Source of the DNA: Thermoanaerobaculia bacterium
Lineage (GTDB): Bacteria > Acidobacteriota > Thermoanaerobaculia > UBA5066
Assembly (NCBI GenBank): GCA_963719225.1
Contig: CAVRAY010000001.1
Coordinates: forward strand, 1,504,001-1,568,000
Length of the DNA: 64,000 nt
Reading direction: 5' to 3'
The position numbers and the translations under genes were made by a program. The notes under the pieces were generated by a model. That model saw nothing but the letters and a program-made list of their open reading frames with translations, searched no databases and was not told the DNA's origin. This document shows, piece by piece, positions 26,258 through 36,044 of this stretch. The first letter of the stretch is position 1. Every line of letters begins with the position of its first letter.

Positions 26258-29029
26258 ATGCGCGTCAGTCGCCTTGCAACGGAGTCTCTTGCCGCGGTCG
26301 TTCTGCTGCTCGCGTCTCCCGCCCAGGCCCAGTCGGCCTGGACGATTCCGGGGATCGTGAATGCAGGCGGCCTCAACAACACCCGCTTCGTCTCGGACTT
26401 CACGGCGACGAACCCGGGGACGGCGGCCGCGCAGGTGACGATCGACTTCTTCCCCTCGTCGACGCCGAACCCGAAGAGCGTCATGCTGAGCCCCGGTCAG
26501 ACGATCGTCTATAGGAACATCGTCGACTCGCTGTTCGGAACATCGGGCGCCGGAGCGCTCTCGGTCTCGTCGGCGCAGCCCCTCCTCCTGCGCGCCCGGA
26601 CGTACAACACGGCCTCCGGCGGAACCTACGGCGTCGCGCTGCCCGTTTACCCGAGCGACAGGCTCATGGCCCCGGGTGACAGGGCGGACAGCCTCTGGAT
26701 CAGCCAGGACGCGTCGCGGGGCTCGGGGTACAGAACCAACATTGCCGTCGTCTTCCCGGATCAAACGGGCGGCTCCGCGACCGTGACGGTCTTCGACGCG
26801 GACGGGAAGGAGCTCGGCCGGAAGAACTACTTTCTCGACGCGGCCGGCTTCCAGCAGTTCTCGGTCGGGTCGTTCGCGGGGGCCGTGTCCGTCGGCCGGG
26901 CGCAGATCCACGTCACGCGCGGCCGCGCTGCTGGCTATGGCGTCGTGGTCGATAACGTGACGGGCGACAGCTCGCTCTTCACGTTCGAGGACCTGCCCGG
27001 CGGCATCCAGGACGTCCTCGTCAACGGCGTCGCGCGGGCGAACGGCCGGAGCGGGGCGTTCTTCCGGACGGACGGCCGTTTCTACAACCCCACTGACACG
27101 GACGCGACGATCACCGTTTCATTCCACGCGAGTGGTAACGGGAACCCCTCCCCCGCGACCGCGTCATTCACTCTCCGGGCGGGGAAGATCCGGGATGTCG
27201 TCGACGTCCTCGACGCTCTCCTGGCCCTTCCCGTCGGCTCCGCGGGCGCGCTCCACTTCCAATCGGACTGGCCGGTTGCGATCCTGTGCCGCACGAGCAA
27301 CGTGGATCCGACAGGCGCGAACCCCGGCACGTTCGGCGCCCAGCAGAAACCCGTGCCGATTCTGTCGTTCCTCACTTCGGCGGATCCCGGAGCGGCGATA
27401 ACGGGCATCCGCCAGGACGCGGCCTTCCGGACGAACGTCGGCTTCGCGGCCGGCTGGGATGGCGCGCAGTACACACTCACGCTGGCAACGGCCACCGGCG
27501 CGACGGTGGCGACGACCACGGCCTCGCTCGGCGCGTGGGGCTGGACGCAGCCGAACGTTCAGGACCTCTTCCCGGGCACCTCGATCCCGGCCGACGCCAC
27601 GCTGAGGATCAAGGTGACGGAGGGGAGCCTCGACGTCTATGACTCGTCGATCGACAACGCCTCGGGCGATCCGGTCGTGACGCCGATCGCGGCGCTGCCG
27701 GCAACCATCCCGTCTTCCGCGACGATCGGGCCGCAGGGCGGATCGATCCGCTCGAGCGACGGGCGGCTGACGCTGAGGGTACCCGCCGGCGCGCTCAGTC
27801 AGGCCACGTCACTCTCATTCCAGAACGCGACGAACGACGCGCCTCAGGGCACCGGGCCTGGTTACCAGCTCTTTCCGTCCGGAATCACATTCGCGAGGTC
27901 CGCGCTTCTGACGCTCGCCTACGGCCGCTCGGAGGTCGAAGGGTCGAGCGCGGAGGCGCTGACGATCACGAGGCGGACTGCCGGCGGCTGGGCCATCCTT
28001 CGAGGAGGGTCGATCGACCCGGCTCGGCACACTCTGACGGTCCCGCTCCGCTCGAGCGTTTCAGGCGCAACGTTCTCGGATCCCCGGTCGCGCGCTCCCG
28101 CCGCGACCGGGCTGGATGATCTCGCCGTCGCGAGGAGCTGGGAACTCGTGCCGTCGGGCCGTTGGGGCGTGTTTACGGGAAGCCAGAAAAGATTTTCCGT
28201 CTATTCTGTTGGAGAATCTTCCAGCATCCTGCGGTACCTCTTCGACCCGAACGAACCCCTCCTCTCGAACTCCCCACTGGAAGTGGCGGCGGACTGGTAT
28301 GCGAACCGTTTCCTCTATGGAGACGAAGAGAATGGCTTCATTGGCCTCCTGCAGGGATCTCTGTCCGTCATCTACAAGGCGCCCGATTGTCCTCCGCCGT
28401 TCAATCCGGTCGAAATCGAGGCGACGATCATCAACAGGAGCGGTTTCCGGATGGCGTATCGGCCCTCCGGCCGCATACAAGTGCGCGTGCTTCCTCGGAA
28501 GTGGAAATTCGAATTCACTGTCGATACGCGGTTCGACTGCAGGAGCCGGCGGGTGGGGGGCGGTACGCCGTCGAATTTCTCGGACCATCTCGGTTGGGAC
28601 GTCACGGTGAGCTTCACTCTGGACGACGAGTTCAGGGTCGTCGAGAACACTCTCGAAAGTCTGACGGCTCGCCACGGCACACCGACCTACTGCGGGCCCT
28701 ACCCCGACTGCGGGGCGGACCCGGTCATCCGGGAGGGCTCCCCGCCGTTCCTCGCGGTACCGAACGTAAGCGGGCTCTGGGACCGCGACTCCGACACGTT
28801 CGGGCTTCGCATCATCATCGCTGGCTTCGGCCCCGGCGATTATCGAGTGCACTGCACCGGCGACACTTACGCCCAGACGACCGGCAATTACGCGCACTTC
28901 GGTTACTCCTCAATACACACGTTGCTTCCGGGCAGGAGCGTCCCGTTCAGGGCCTCCCCCGACGGGTTCGACAACGAGGTCGAGGACTCGACGACGATCA
29001 CCGGCACGCTGTATTACGAGTGCCCCTAG
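26258..29029 (+). CDS. Secreted multidomain protein with ZU5 domain (paralog 2)
   Basis: Colinear and highly similar to 23350-26085 up to VRVLPRKW; unrelated-looking tail afterwards. Confidence 0.8.
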   Translation: MRVSRLATESLAAVVLLLASPAQAQSAWTIPGIVNAGGLNNTRFVSDFTATNPGTAAAQVTIDFFPSSTPNPKSVMLSPGQTIVYRNIVDSLFGTSGAGALSVSSAQPLLLRARTYNTASGGTYGVALPVYPSDRLMAPGDRADSLWISQDASRGSGYRTNIAVVFPDQTGGSATVTVFDADGKELGRKNYFLDAAGFQQFSVGSFAGAVSVGRAQIHVTRGRAAGYGVVVDNVTGDSSLFTFEDLPGGIQDVLVNGVARANGRSGAFFRTDGRFYNPTDTDATITVSFHASGNGNPSPATASFTLRAGKIRDVVDVLDALLALPVGSAGALHFQSDWPVAILCRTSNVDPTGANPGTFGAQQKPVPILSFLTSADPGAAITGIRQDAAFRTNVGFAAGWDGAQYTLTLATATGATVATTTASLGAWGWTQPNVQDLFPGTSIPADATLRIKVTEGSLDVYDSSIDNASGDPVVTPIAALPATIPSSATIGPQGGSIRSSDGRLTLRVPAGALSQATSLSFQNATNDAPQGTGPGYQLFPSGITFARSALLTLAYGRSEVEGSSAEALTITRRTAGGWAILRGGSIDPARHTLTVPLRSSVSGATFSDPRSRAPAATGLDDLAVARSWELVPSGRWGVFTGSQKRFSVYSVGESSSILRYLFDPNEPLLSNSPLEVAADWYANRFLYGDEENGFIGLLQGSLSVIYKAPDCPPPFNPVEIEATIINRSGFRMAYRPSGRIQVRVLPRKWKFEFTVDTRFDCRSRRVGGGTPSNFSDHLGWDVTVSFTLDDEFRVVENTLESLTARHGTPTYCGPYPDCGADPVIREGSPPFLAVPNVSGLWDRDSDTFGLRIIIAGFGPGDYRVHCTGDTYAQTTGNYAHFGYSSIHTLLPGRSVPFRASPDGFDNEVEDSTTITGTLYYECP

Positions 29030-29047
29030 CCGGGGGGAGAACGAGCC

Positions 29048-30949
29048 ATGAAGACGTTGCGCTGCACGGTGAGGAGCCTGCTCGTGGCCACGATGTCGCT
29101 GCTTCCTTGCGCGGGCGCCCTCGGCCAGACCCCCACGATCGCCCGGGTCGTCCCGGCCTTCGGATCGGCCGCGGGGAACAACGTCGTGATCGTGACAGGC
29201 ACCGGCTTCGCAGTTGGGGCGACCGTCACGTTCGGGGGCGTTCCCGCGACGTCGGTGAATGTCGTCAATTCGACCTCGCTGACGGCGCATCCTCCCGCCC
29301 ATGCCACGGGATCGCTCACCGTTTCGGTCACGAACCCGGGGGGCTCGCCCGGCAGCCGCGCCAACGCGTACAAGTACCTCGCGACGTCGGGTCAGTTCGG
29401 CATCCAGTTCTTTCCCATCACCCAGGGCGCCGTCACCGACATCACGGCGGGCCCGGACGGCAACCTCTGGCTCCTCAACAACGGAGGCGAGGACCTCGCG
29501 ACGTGGAGCGTCTCGAAAATGACCCCGTCGGGCGCCTTCACGAACTATCCCCTGCCCGATGCCGGCCTTCTGACGGACATCGCGCCGGGTCCGGACGGCA
29601 ACGTCTGGTATACGCGGGAAAGGGAGGGGTTCACAACGCCCAATGCGGCCGTCGGTCGTATCACTCCCTCCGGCGCCGCGACCGAATACCCGCTCAACCC
29701 CCTGAGTGATCCGAAAGGAATCAGCGCCGGGCCTGACGGCGCCGTGTGGTTCGGCGAAAGCTACGACACCATCGTCGGGAGAATCACGACGAGCGGCTCG
29801 CTCACCGAGTTCACCGTCGATGCCAAACCGCACGGGATCACGCTCGGGCCGGACGGGGCGCTGTGGCTCGCCGGATTCAAACAATACGGCTTTTGACTGC
29901 GCCTACTGCCCGGCGGGCAGTTTCAGGACTTCCCAATCCCCAGTCTCCCGGCTGGTGTCTATCCGGACAAGATCATTGCGGGCCCCGACGGAAATCTCTG
30001 GTTCCAGTTCTCCGCCCTCCGCTCGAGCATCGGACGCCTCACGACGGCCGGGGCTTATACGGAGTTCCCCGTGCCGACTGGATTCGCGGTGCACGACATC
30101 GCGGCCGGTGTGGATGGCAACCTGTGGTTCACGAACAGCGATTTCGCATTCAACGTGTTCGTCGGACGCATCACGCCCTCCGGCCAGGTGACCACGTTTC
30201 CTCTTCCCTTCGGGAGTGTTCCCCGCGGGATCACTGCGGGTCCGGACGGCGCGATCTGGTTTGCGAACGGATACGACGTTGGGCGGATCAATCCGGGCGC
30301 GCCCCCGCCGTCGGTAACGCGCGTGACGCCTTCCTTCGGGCGGGACGCGGGAGGGACGCCGATTACGCTGCTGGGCGCGGGCTTTCAGTCCGGCGCCGCG
30401 GTGTCGGTCGGCGGCGTCCCCGCGACCGGCGTGACGGTCGTGGATTCGACGACGATCACCGCGACGACCGGACCTCACGTCACGGGGACGGTGGACGTGA
30501 CGGTCACGAATCCCGGCGCTCAGCCCCTCGTTTTTCCCGGGAGCTTCTTCTACAGCCCTCCTCCGGCGACGTCGCGTCTCTTCCCGCTGACACCGTGCCG
30601 CATCGTCGACACGCGCAACCCGATTGGGCCTCATGGAGGTCCCGCTCTCGTCGGCAACGGGACGCGGCGGACCTTCGTCCTGGCGGGAAGCTGCGGCGTG
30701 CCGGCTGACGCGAAGACGATCTCGGCGAACGTCACGGTGACGGGGCCCGTCGCGGGAGGAACCCTGACCTGCTTCCCCGGGAACGCCGTCCCGACCGGAA
30801 CCACCACGATCGCTTTCAGGGCCGGCCAGACCCGGGCGGACAACACGATGCTCTATCTCGCTACCGACGGCGCGGGCTCGATCGGCGTCCAGAACGACGC
30901 CAGCGGCTCCGTTCATTTCATCGTGGACATCAACGGCTATTTCCGATAG
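29048..30949 (+). pseudogene. IPT/TIG + Vgb-like propeller + IPT/TIG + PCRxxDTR domain protein, interrupted by an in-frame TGA (29894-29896)
   Basis: ORFs 29048-29896 and 30071-30949 are in the same frame; read-through gives FKQYGF*LRLLPGGQFQDFPIP...AGPDGNLWF, continuing the blade pattern. Confidence 0.8.
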
Positions 30950-33572
30950 GCGGCGAAGCGTCGACGCGCGCCATCAACTCCGCGAAGCGCCGGTCGCGCC
31001 GGAGAGCCTCCAGCAACGGATACACCTGCAGGATCGCCATGTTGTCCGAGCGGTCTTCGTACGCCCGCTCGAGCAAGGCGAACGCGCGATCGTTCTCTCC
31101 GAGACCTGCGTTCACGAGCGCGAGCTGGAAAGGAGAGACGTAGCGCTTTCTCGAGAGAGCCTCCAGCCGCTTCTCCATGGCGCGCGCGTCGGCGCGGCGG
31201 CCCGCGACGCCGTACGCGTAGCCGAGCGTCGCGAGAAAACGCGGAGAGCCGTCGATCTGAAACGCGCGCTCCAGCTCGTCGACCGCCTCCTTCACCCGCC
31301 CCTCCTTGAGGTGGACGATCCCCAGCATGTTGTGCGCGACCGCGAAGTTGGGCTCCATCTCGAGCGCGGCCTCGAGCTGCTGAATCGCCTCGTCGTATCG
31401 GCCGGCCCAGCAGTGGATTTCGCCGACGTCGGTCGCGATGCTGACCGAGAGCGGATCGAGCTCCTGAGCCCTGCGGATCTGGGCGATCCCCTCGTCGAAG
31501 CGGCCGCGCGACGCGAGGAAATACGCGTACCACTGTGACGCCGTGGCGTATCCGGGATTGAGCGTGATCGCGCGGCGAAACGCACGGTCAGCGCCCTCCC
31601 AGTCCCAGTCGTAGATCCAGCGGACGAACGCCGCCGAAGCGTGCGCCTCGCCCGGAGCGTCGTCGGAAGATACGGCGCGGAGCGCGGCGGCGCGGGCCTC
31701 GTCCAGGGTTTCGCGGGGCGGCCCGGCACCCCAGACGCTCAGCAGGCTGTAGCAGTCGGCGAGGCCGGAGTGGGCCAGCGCGTATCCGGGGTCGGCGGCG
31801 ATCGCCTGCCGGAAGAAGCCGATCGCCTTCCGGAAGTCGGCTTCGGTGCGCCGGTTCCAGAAATAGCGGCCCTTGAGATACGCGTTGTACGCGGAGAGAT
31901 CGTCGGTTCCGCGCCTGGCGAGGCCGGCCCGCGCTTCGGCGCTCAGATGGGGAATCAGGGCCTCGGCGACGCGCTGTGCGATCGCGTCCTCGACCGCGAA
32001 GACGTCCGTGTATACGGAATCGAAGGTTTCGCCCCAGACCGATCGGCCGTCCCCGACGTTGATCAAGCGGACCGAGACTCTGAGCCGGTCCTTGACGCGC
32101 TGAAGGCTCCCTTCCACGACCGCGTCCACGCGTAGCGTACGCCCCAGGCGAACGGCGTCGTCGCGCTCTACGGAGTGCTGTAAGACGGCGCCCATGGGCC
32201 GCAAGGCGATGCCCGGCACGCTGCTGAGCTTCGTGATGAGAGTGTCGGTCATCCCGAACTCGAGCACCTCGTCCCGGTCGGCCGCGACGAGCGGTTTGAA
32301 CGGGAGAACCGCAAGGGTCGTCACGGACGGGAGGGAACGGACGGGCGCCGCGGCCGTTCCCGTCACAGCACGGTTCTCCCGGCGGGCCGAAAAGGAAAGC
32401 CAAAGAGCGTAGCAACCAGCGGCAAGTGAGATCGAGGCGATGGCCGCCGCGACCACGCCTGCCCGATGCCGCCTCACGAACTTGCGCGCCCGGTAACCCG
32501 CCGTGTCGGGGCGGGCGCGGACGAGTTTTCCCTCGAGGAACCGGCCGACGTCCTCGGAAAGTTCTTCGGCGGAACCGTATCGCAGCTCGGGCTCTTTCCG
32601 CATCGCCTTCAGGACGATCGCCTCGAGATCGCGCGGGATCTTCGCCTCCGGAGCGGCGGCTGCCGGCCGCAGCGGCTCCTCGGTGAGGACGGCGTGGAGG
32701 AGGGCGGCGTACTCGTCGCCGGTGGTCGTGCGGTAGGGCTTCTTGCCGGTCAGGAGCACGTAGAGGAGGACGCCGAGCGAATAGACGTCGGAAGCCGGCG
32801 TGAGCGCGTCGCCCCGCACCTGCTCGGGGCTCGCAAAGGCGGGCGTGAGCGCGCGGTACCCGGTGGCGGTTCGGTCCGTCCCGGCCTCGGGCGTCAGCAG
32901 GCGGGCGAGGCCGAAGTCGAGGAGTTTGGGAACACCCTCTTTCGTGACGAGGATGTTGGAGGGCTTCAGGTCCCGATGGATGACGAGATTGCGGTGCGCG
33001 TGCTCGACGGCCGAGCAGACGTCCCGAAAGAGCCGGAGTCTCGCCTCGAGCGGCGTCTTCTCCTCGCGGCAGTAGACGTCGATCGGGCGCCCCGAGACGA
33101 GCTCCATGATGAGGTACGGGCGGCCGTCCCCCATGGTCCCGCCGTCGAGGAGGGCTCCGATGTTCGGGTGGGCGAGCGAGGCGAGGATCCGGCGCTCCTC
33201 CCGAAAGCGCTCGAGGAAATAGGCCGCGTCGAGACCGAATCCGACGAGCTTGATCGCGACGTCTCTCTCGAACGCGCCGTCCGCGCGGCGCGCGAGATGG
33301 ACGGTCCCCATCCCGCCCCGCCCGATCTCTTCCACGAGCTCGTACGGCCCGATGCGCGTGCCTTCGGGGGGACTTTCGAGAGAGCGCATCGCCTCGTGAA
33401 CGTCCCTCTCGAGGGGGACCGACTCCGACTCGGAAAGGAGCGCCTCGACTTCCTCGCGCAGCGCGGCGTCGTCCCCGCAGGCCTCGCGAAGGAACGCTTC
33501 CCGATCTTCCCGCGGCATGTCGGCGGCTTCGCCGAAGATGGCCCGCGACCTCCGGAAGAGGTCCGGCGTCAC
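30930..33572 (-). CDS. Membrane Ser/Thr protein kinase with C-terminal TolB_N-like and TPR region
   Basis: GTG start overlaps the sigma stop (GTGA). IGRGGMGTV, VAIK, HRDLKPSN, DFG, TPAFASPEQ, SDVYSLG; TM segment; LAVLPFKP; TPR repeats. Confidence 0.92.
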   Translation of the reverse strand: MTPDLFRRSRAIFGEAADMPREDREAFLREACGDDAALREEVEALLSESESVPLERDVHEAMRSLESPPEGTRIGPYELVEEIGRGGMGTVHLARRADGAFERDVAIKLVGFGLDAAYFLERFREERRILASLAHPNIGALLDGGTMGDGRPYLIMELVSGRPIDVYCREEKTPLEARLRLFRDVCSAVEHAHRNLVIHRDLKPSNILVTKEGVPKLLDFGLARLLTPEAGTDRTATGYRALTPAFASPEQVRGDALTPASDVYSLGVLLYVLLTGKKPYRTTTGDEYAALLHAVLTEEPLRPAAAAPEAKIPRDLEAIVLKAMRKEPELRYGSAEELSEDVGRFLEGKLVRARPDTAGYRARKFVRRHRAGVVAAAIASISLAAGCYALWLSFSARRENRAVTGTAAAPVRSLPSVTTLAVLPFKPLVAADRDEVLEFGMTDTLITKLSSVPGIALRPMGAVLQHSVERDDAVRLGRTLRVDAVVEGSLQRVKDRLRVSVRLINVGDGRSVWGETFDSVYTDVFAVEDAIAQRVAEALIPHLSAEARAGLARRGTDDLSAYNAYLKGRYFWNRRTEADFRKAIGFFRQAIAADPGYALAHSGLADCYSLLSVWGAGPPRETLDEARAAALRAVSSDDAPGEAHASAAFVRWIYDWDWEGADRAFRRAITLNPGYATASQWYAYFLASRGRFDEGIAQIRRAQELDPLSVSIATDVGEIHCWAGRYDEAIQQLEAALEMEPNFAVAHNMLGIVHLKEGRVKEAVDELERAFQIDGSPRFLATLGYAYGVAGRRADARAMEKRLEALSRKRYVSPFQLALVNAGLGENDRAFALLERAYEDRSDNMAILQVYPLLEALRRDRRFAELMARVDASPPIGNSR

Positions 33573-34162
33573 GCCGTGGCGCCCCTCATCTGCCTCCTCA
33601 GCCACGCCTCGGCGTGCCGGTAGTCGCGGCTCGCGGTCGCGGAAGAGCAGCCGAGGACCTCGGCGGACTCCTGAACGTTGAGGCCCGCGAAGAGCCGAAG
33701 CTCCACGAGCCGGGCCTGCCTCTCGTCGAGGCCTGCGAGCTTCTTCAGGGCCTCGTCGAGCGCGAGGAGGTCGACCGTCCGGGGGTCCGCCGCGACTTCT
33801 GCGATCTCGATCGAGATACGACGGCCCTCGGGGGTTCGCTTGCCGGCGTCGCGTTTGCGCGCGTGGTCGACGAGGACCTCGCGCATCGCGCGGGCGGCCA
33901 CGCCGTAGAAGTGTCCCCGGTCCTTCCACGAAAGGCGCTGGTCCACGAGCTTGAGGTAGGCCTCGTGAACGAGGGCAGTCGGCTGGAGCGTGTGATTCGC
34001 GCGCTCCCGGCGCATCTGCGATGCCGCGAGATGGCGCAGCTGGCGATAGACGAGGGGTAGCAAGCGGTCGGGCGCCGTCGCGTCGCCCGACGACCAGGCG
34101 CGAAGGAGCGCCGTGACCTCATCGGGCTCGAGAGCGGCACCTCGGGGCAGGCGTACATCCAT
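33569..34162 (-). CDS. ECF RNA polymerase sigma factor, STK-associated (TIGR02999/EcfK-like)
   Basis: VTALLRAWSSGD, HTLQPTALVHEAYLKL, AMREVLVDHAR, LLALDEAL, VELRLFAGL; start position uncertain. Confidence 0.92.
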   Translation of the reverse strand: MDVRLPRGAALEPDEVTALLRAWSSGDATAPDRLLPLVYRQLRHLAASQMRRERANHTLQPTALVHEAYLKLVDQRLSWKDRGHFYGVAARAMREVLVDHARKRDAGKRTPEGRRISIEIAEVAADPRTVDLLALDEALKKLAGLDERQARLVELRLFAGLNVQESAEVLGCSSATASRDYRHAEAWLRRQMRGATA

Positions 34163-34232
34163 GCGGAAACCAGCGGAATTCTCGCATGCGGGGTGAAAGG
34201 AGAAGCCGCGTTTCGAGCATTGCCTGGCCCAT

Positions 34233-36044
34233 CTATCTCGTCAAATCAGCTTTCAGCAGAACCCACCCCTTCGCCGCCGCGATCACGCGCGGGTCGCGAA
34301 AGGTCCTGTGGTCGAGCTCCTTGCACGGCAGGCACCAGTCCGCGTAGAAGTCGATCATGACGGGCCTGCCGGTCGATTTCGCCTCGGCGACGGCGGCGTC
34401 GGAATACGGCTGGAACACGAGCTCGGCCGAGGCCTTCCGCGGCATCGCGAAGGCCGCGCCCGCGGCGAGAAGCGCGACGGCGACCGCCGCCTTCACGGCC
34501 GCGAAGCCGCGCAGCCCGGCTCCGCTCCTCTCGAAGAAGAGGAACCACACGCCGCCCGCGAGGAGCGGAAGCGCGAGCCCGATCTCGTAGGTGCGCGTGG
34601 GCAGGAGCGGGCGAAGGAAGTACACGGCGAGCGCGACGAGCGCGAAGCCGAACACGCGCCGGACGGCCGTCATCCACTCCCCGGAGCGCGGGAGCGCCTT
34701 CAAGCTGCCGGAGGCGGTGCCGAGGACGAGATAGGGAAGTCCGAGACCCATCGCGAGCGTGAAGAAGAGGCCGAAGCCGAGAGGGGCCGAACCCCTCGCG
34801 GCGACGTAGGTGAGCAGTGACAGGACGAACGGCCCGATGCACGGCGCGGCCACGAAGCCCACGAAAAACCCCATCGTGAGCGCGCCGGCGACGCCTGCCT
34901 TCGAGCCCGTGCGGTCCGTGATGAAGTGAGGCGCCTGGATCTCGAAGAGGCCGAACATCGAAAGCGCGAGAGCGAGGACGATCGCCGCGATCCCGACGAG
35001 CACGGCGGGCTTCTGGAGCCATGCGCCGAAGAGGGAGCCCGAGAGCGCCGCGAAGACGCCGAGAGCTGAGTACGTGACGCTCATGCCGAGGACGTAGGCG
35101 AGCGCGAGGGAGAACGTGCCGCCTTTCTTCCCTTCCGACTGGCGGCTGAAAAAGCCGAGCGTGATCGGGATCAGCGGATACACGCAGGGGGTGAGGTTGA
35201 GCGCGAGGCCAGAGGCGAAGACGAGGACGAGAAGGATCGGCAGGGACTTGCCCGCGAGGCCGCCCCCTTCCGCCGCAGCCGGGCCGCCTCCGCTGAAGCG
35301 CGGCGCGAACGTCTCGGGCGGCTCGTAGCCCACGACGCGCGTGCCCGTCTCCTTCCCGTCCGGGCCGAGGAAGAGGAGCGTCGGGACGCCCTGGACGTTC
35401 CACTTCTCGCGCAGCGCGCCCGCGCCGAGCGGCGCGCCTCCCGCCGGGTCGTCGGCCGGGGAACCGCTTCCGCCTGAAGTCGCGCCGCCGGGTCCGCCGC
35501 CCGCGGCGGAAGCCGGAGCGCCGAACAGGTCCGCGTTCTTCGGCGCTGCCTCGGTGCCCGCCCTCGAAACGTCGATCGTGAGCGACGCCGTCAGCTCGGT
35601 CGGGGGCAGGCACTGGTTGTCGTTGCACGGCTGATACGAGATCACGGACGTGAGAGTTCGCGGGCCCGGCGCGGCCTTCGCGTCGACTGTGCCGGGCACG
35701 AGGAAGACGGTCCTTCCTTCATAAACGGCGAGCGGCTGATCGGAGAACGCGAATTTCGTCTCCTTGTGCTTCGGGTACCTCACGGCCGAGAACGCGAGGC
35801 CCGGCGCCGGTTTCAGCTTGACCTCCGTGGGGATGAGGAAGTCCTCCTTCGGCGTGTGGCTGTTCACGTGCCAGCCCGGCTTGATCTCGGCGACGACCGC
35901 GAGGCGGAACGGCTTTCCCGCGACGAGCCGATCCGCGTCGGCCGCGAGGCGCGGCGCCACGATCGTGTTCGAAGTCGGAACGGGCTGCGCGAGAGCCGGC
36001 GAGCCGGCGAGCACCAGAGCGGCAAAGGCGGGTCGGAAGGACAT
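34233..36044 (-). CDS. dsbD: DsbD-family thiol:disulfide interchange protein with permuted thioredoxin domain
   Basis: N-terminal domain (GWHVNS...YQPCNDNQCLPP), TM domain (LTPCVYPLIP, AAPCIGP, LPRSGEWM), DFYADWCLPCK; start overlaps the upstream stop (TGATG). Confidence 0.9.
   Translation of the reverse strand: MSFRPAFAALVLAGSPALAQPVPTSNTIVAPRLAADADRLVAGKPFRLAVVAEIKPGWHVNSHTPKEDFLIPTEVKLKPAPGLAFSAVRYPKHKETKFAFSDQPLAVYEGRTVFLVPGTVDAKAAPGPRTLTSVISYQPCNDNQCLPPTELTASLTIDVSRAGTEAAPKNADLFGAPASAAGGGPGGATSGGSGSPADDPAGGAPLGAGALREKWNVQGVPTLLFLGPDGKETGTRVVGYEPPETFAPRFSGGGPAAAEGGGLAGKSLPILLVLVFASGLALNLTPCVYPLIPITLGFFSRQSEGKKGGTFSLALAYVLGMSVTYSALGVFAALSGSLFGAWLQKPAVLVGIAAIVLALALSMFGLFEIQAPHFITDRTGSKAGVAGALTMGFFVGFVAAPCIGPFVLSLLTYVAARGSAPLGFGLFFTLAMGLGLPYLVLGTASGSLKALPRSGEWMTAVRRVFGFALVALAVYFLRPLLPTRTYEIGLALPLLAGGVWFLFFERSGAGLRGFAAVKAAVAVALLAAGAAFAMPRKASAELVFQPYSDAAVAEAKSTGRPVMIDFYADWCLPCKELDHRTFRDPRVIAAAKGWVLLKADLTR

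Noticed and set aside
23350-29029. Polymorphic toxin-immunity system or DGR target
   Set aside because: No immunity-like ORFs, toxin motifs, reverse transcriptase or adenine-specific TR/VR pair seen.
29894-29950. Selenocysteine recoding of the in-frame TGA
   Set aside because: The position corresponds to a hydrophobic blade residue, not Cys, and no convincing SECIS-like hairpin was recognised.
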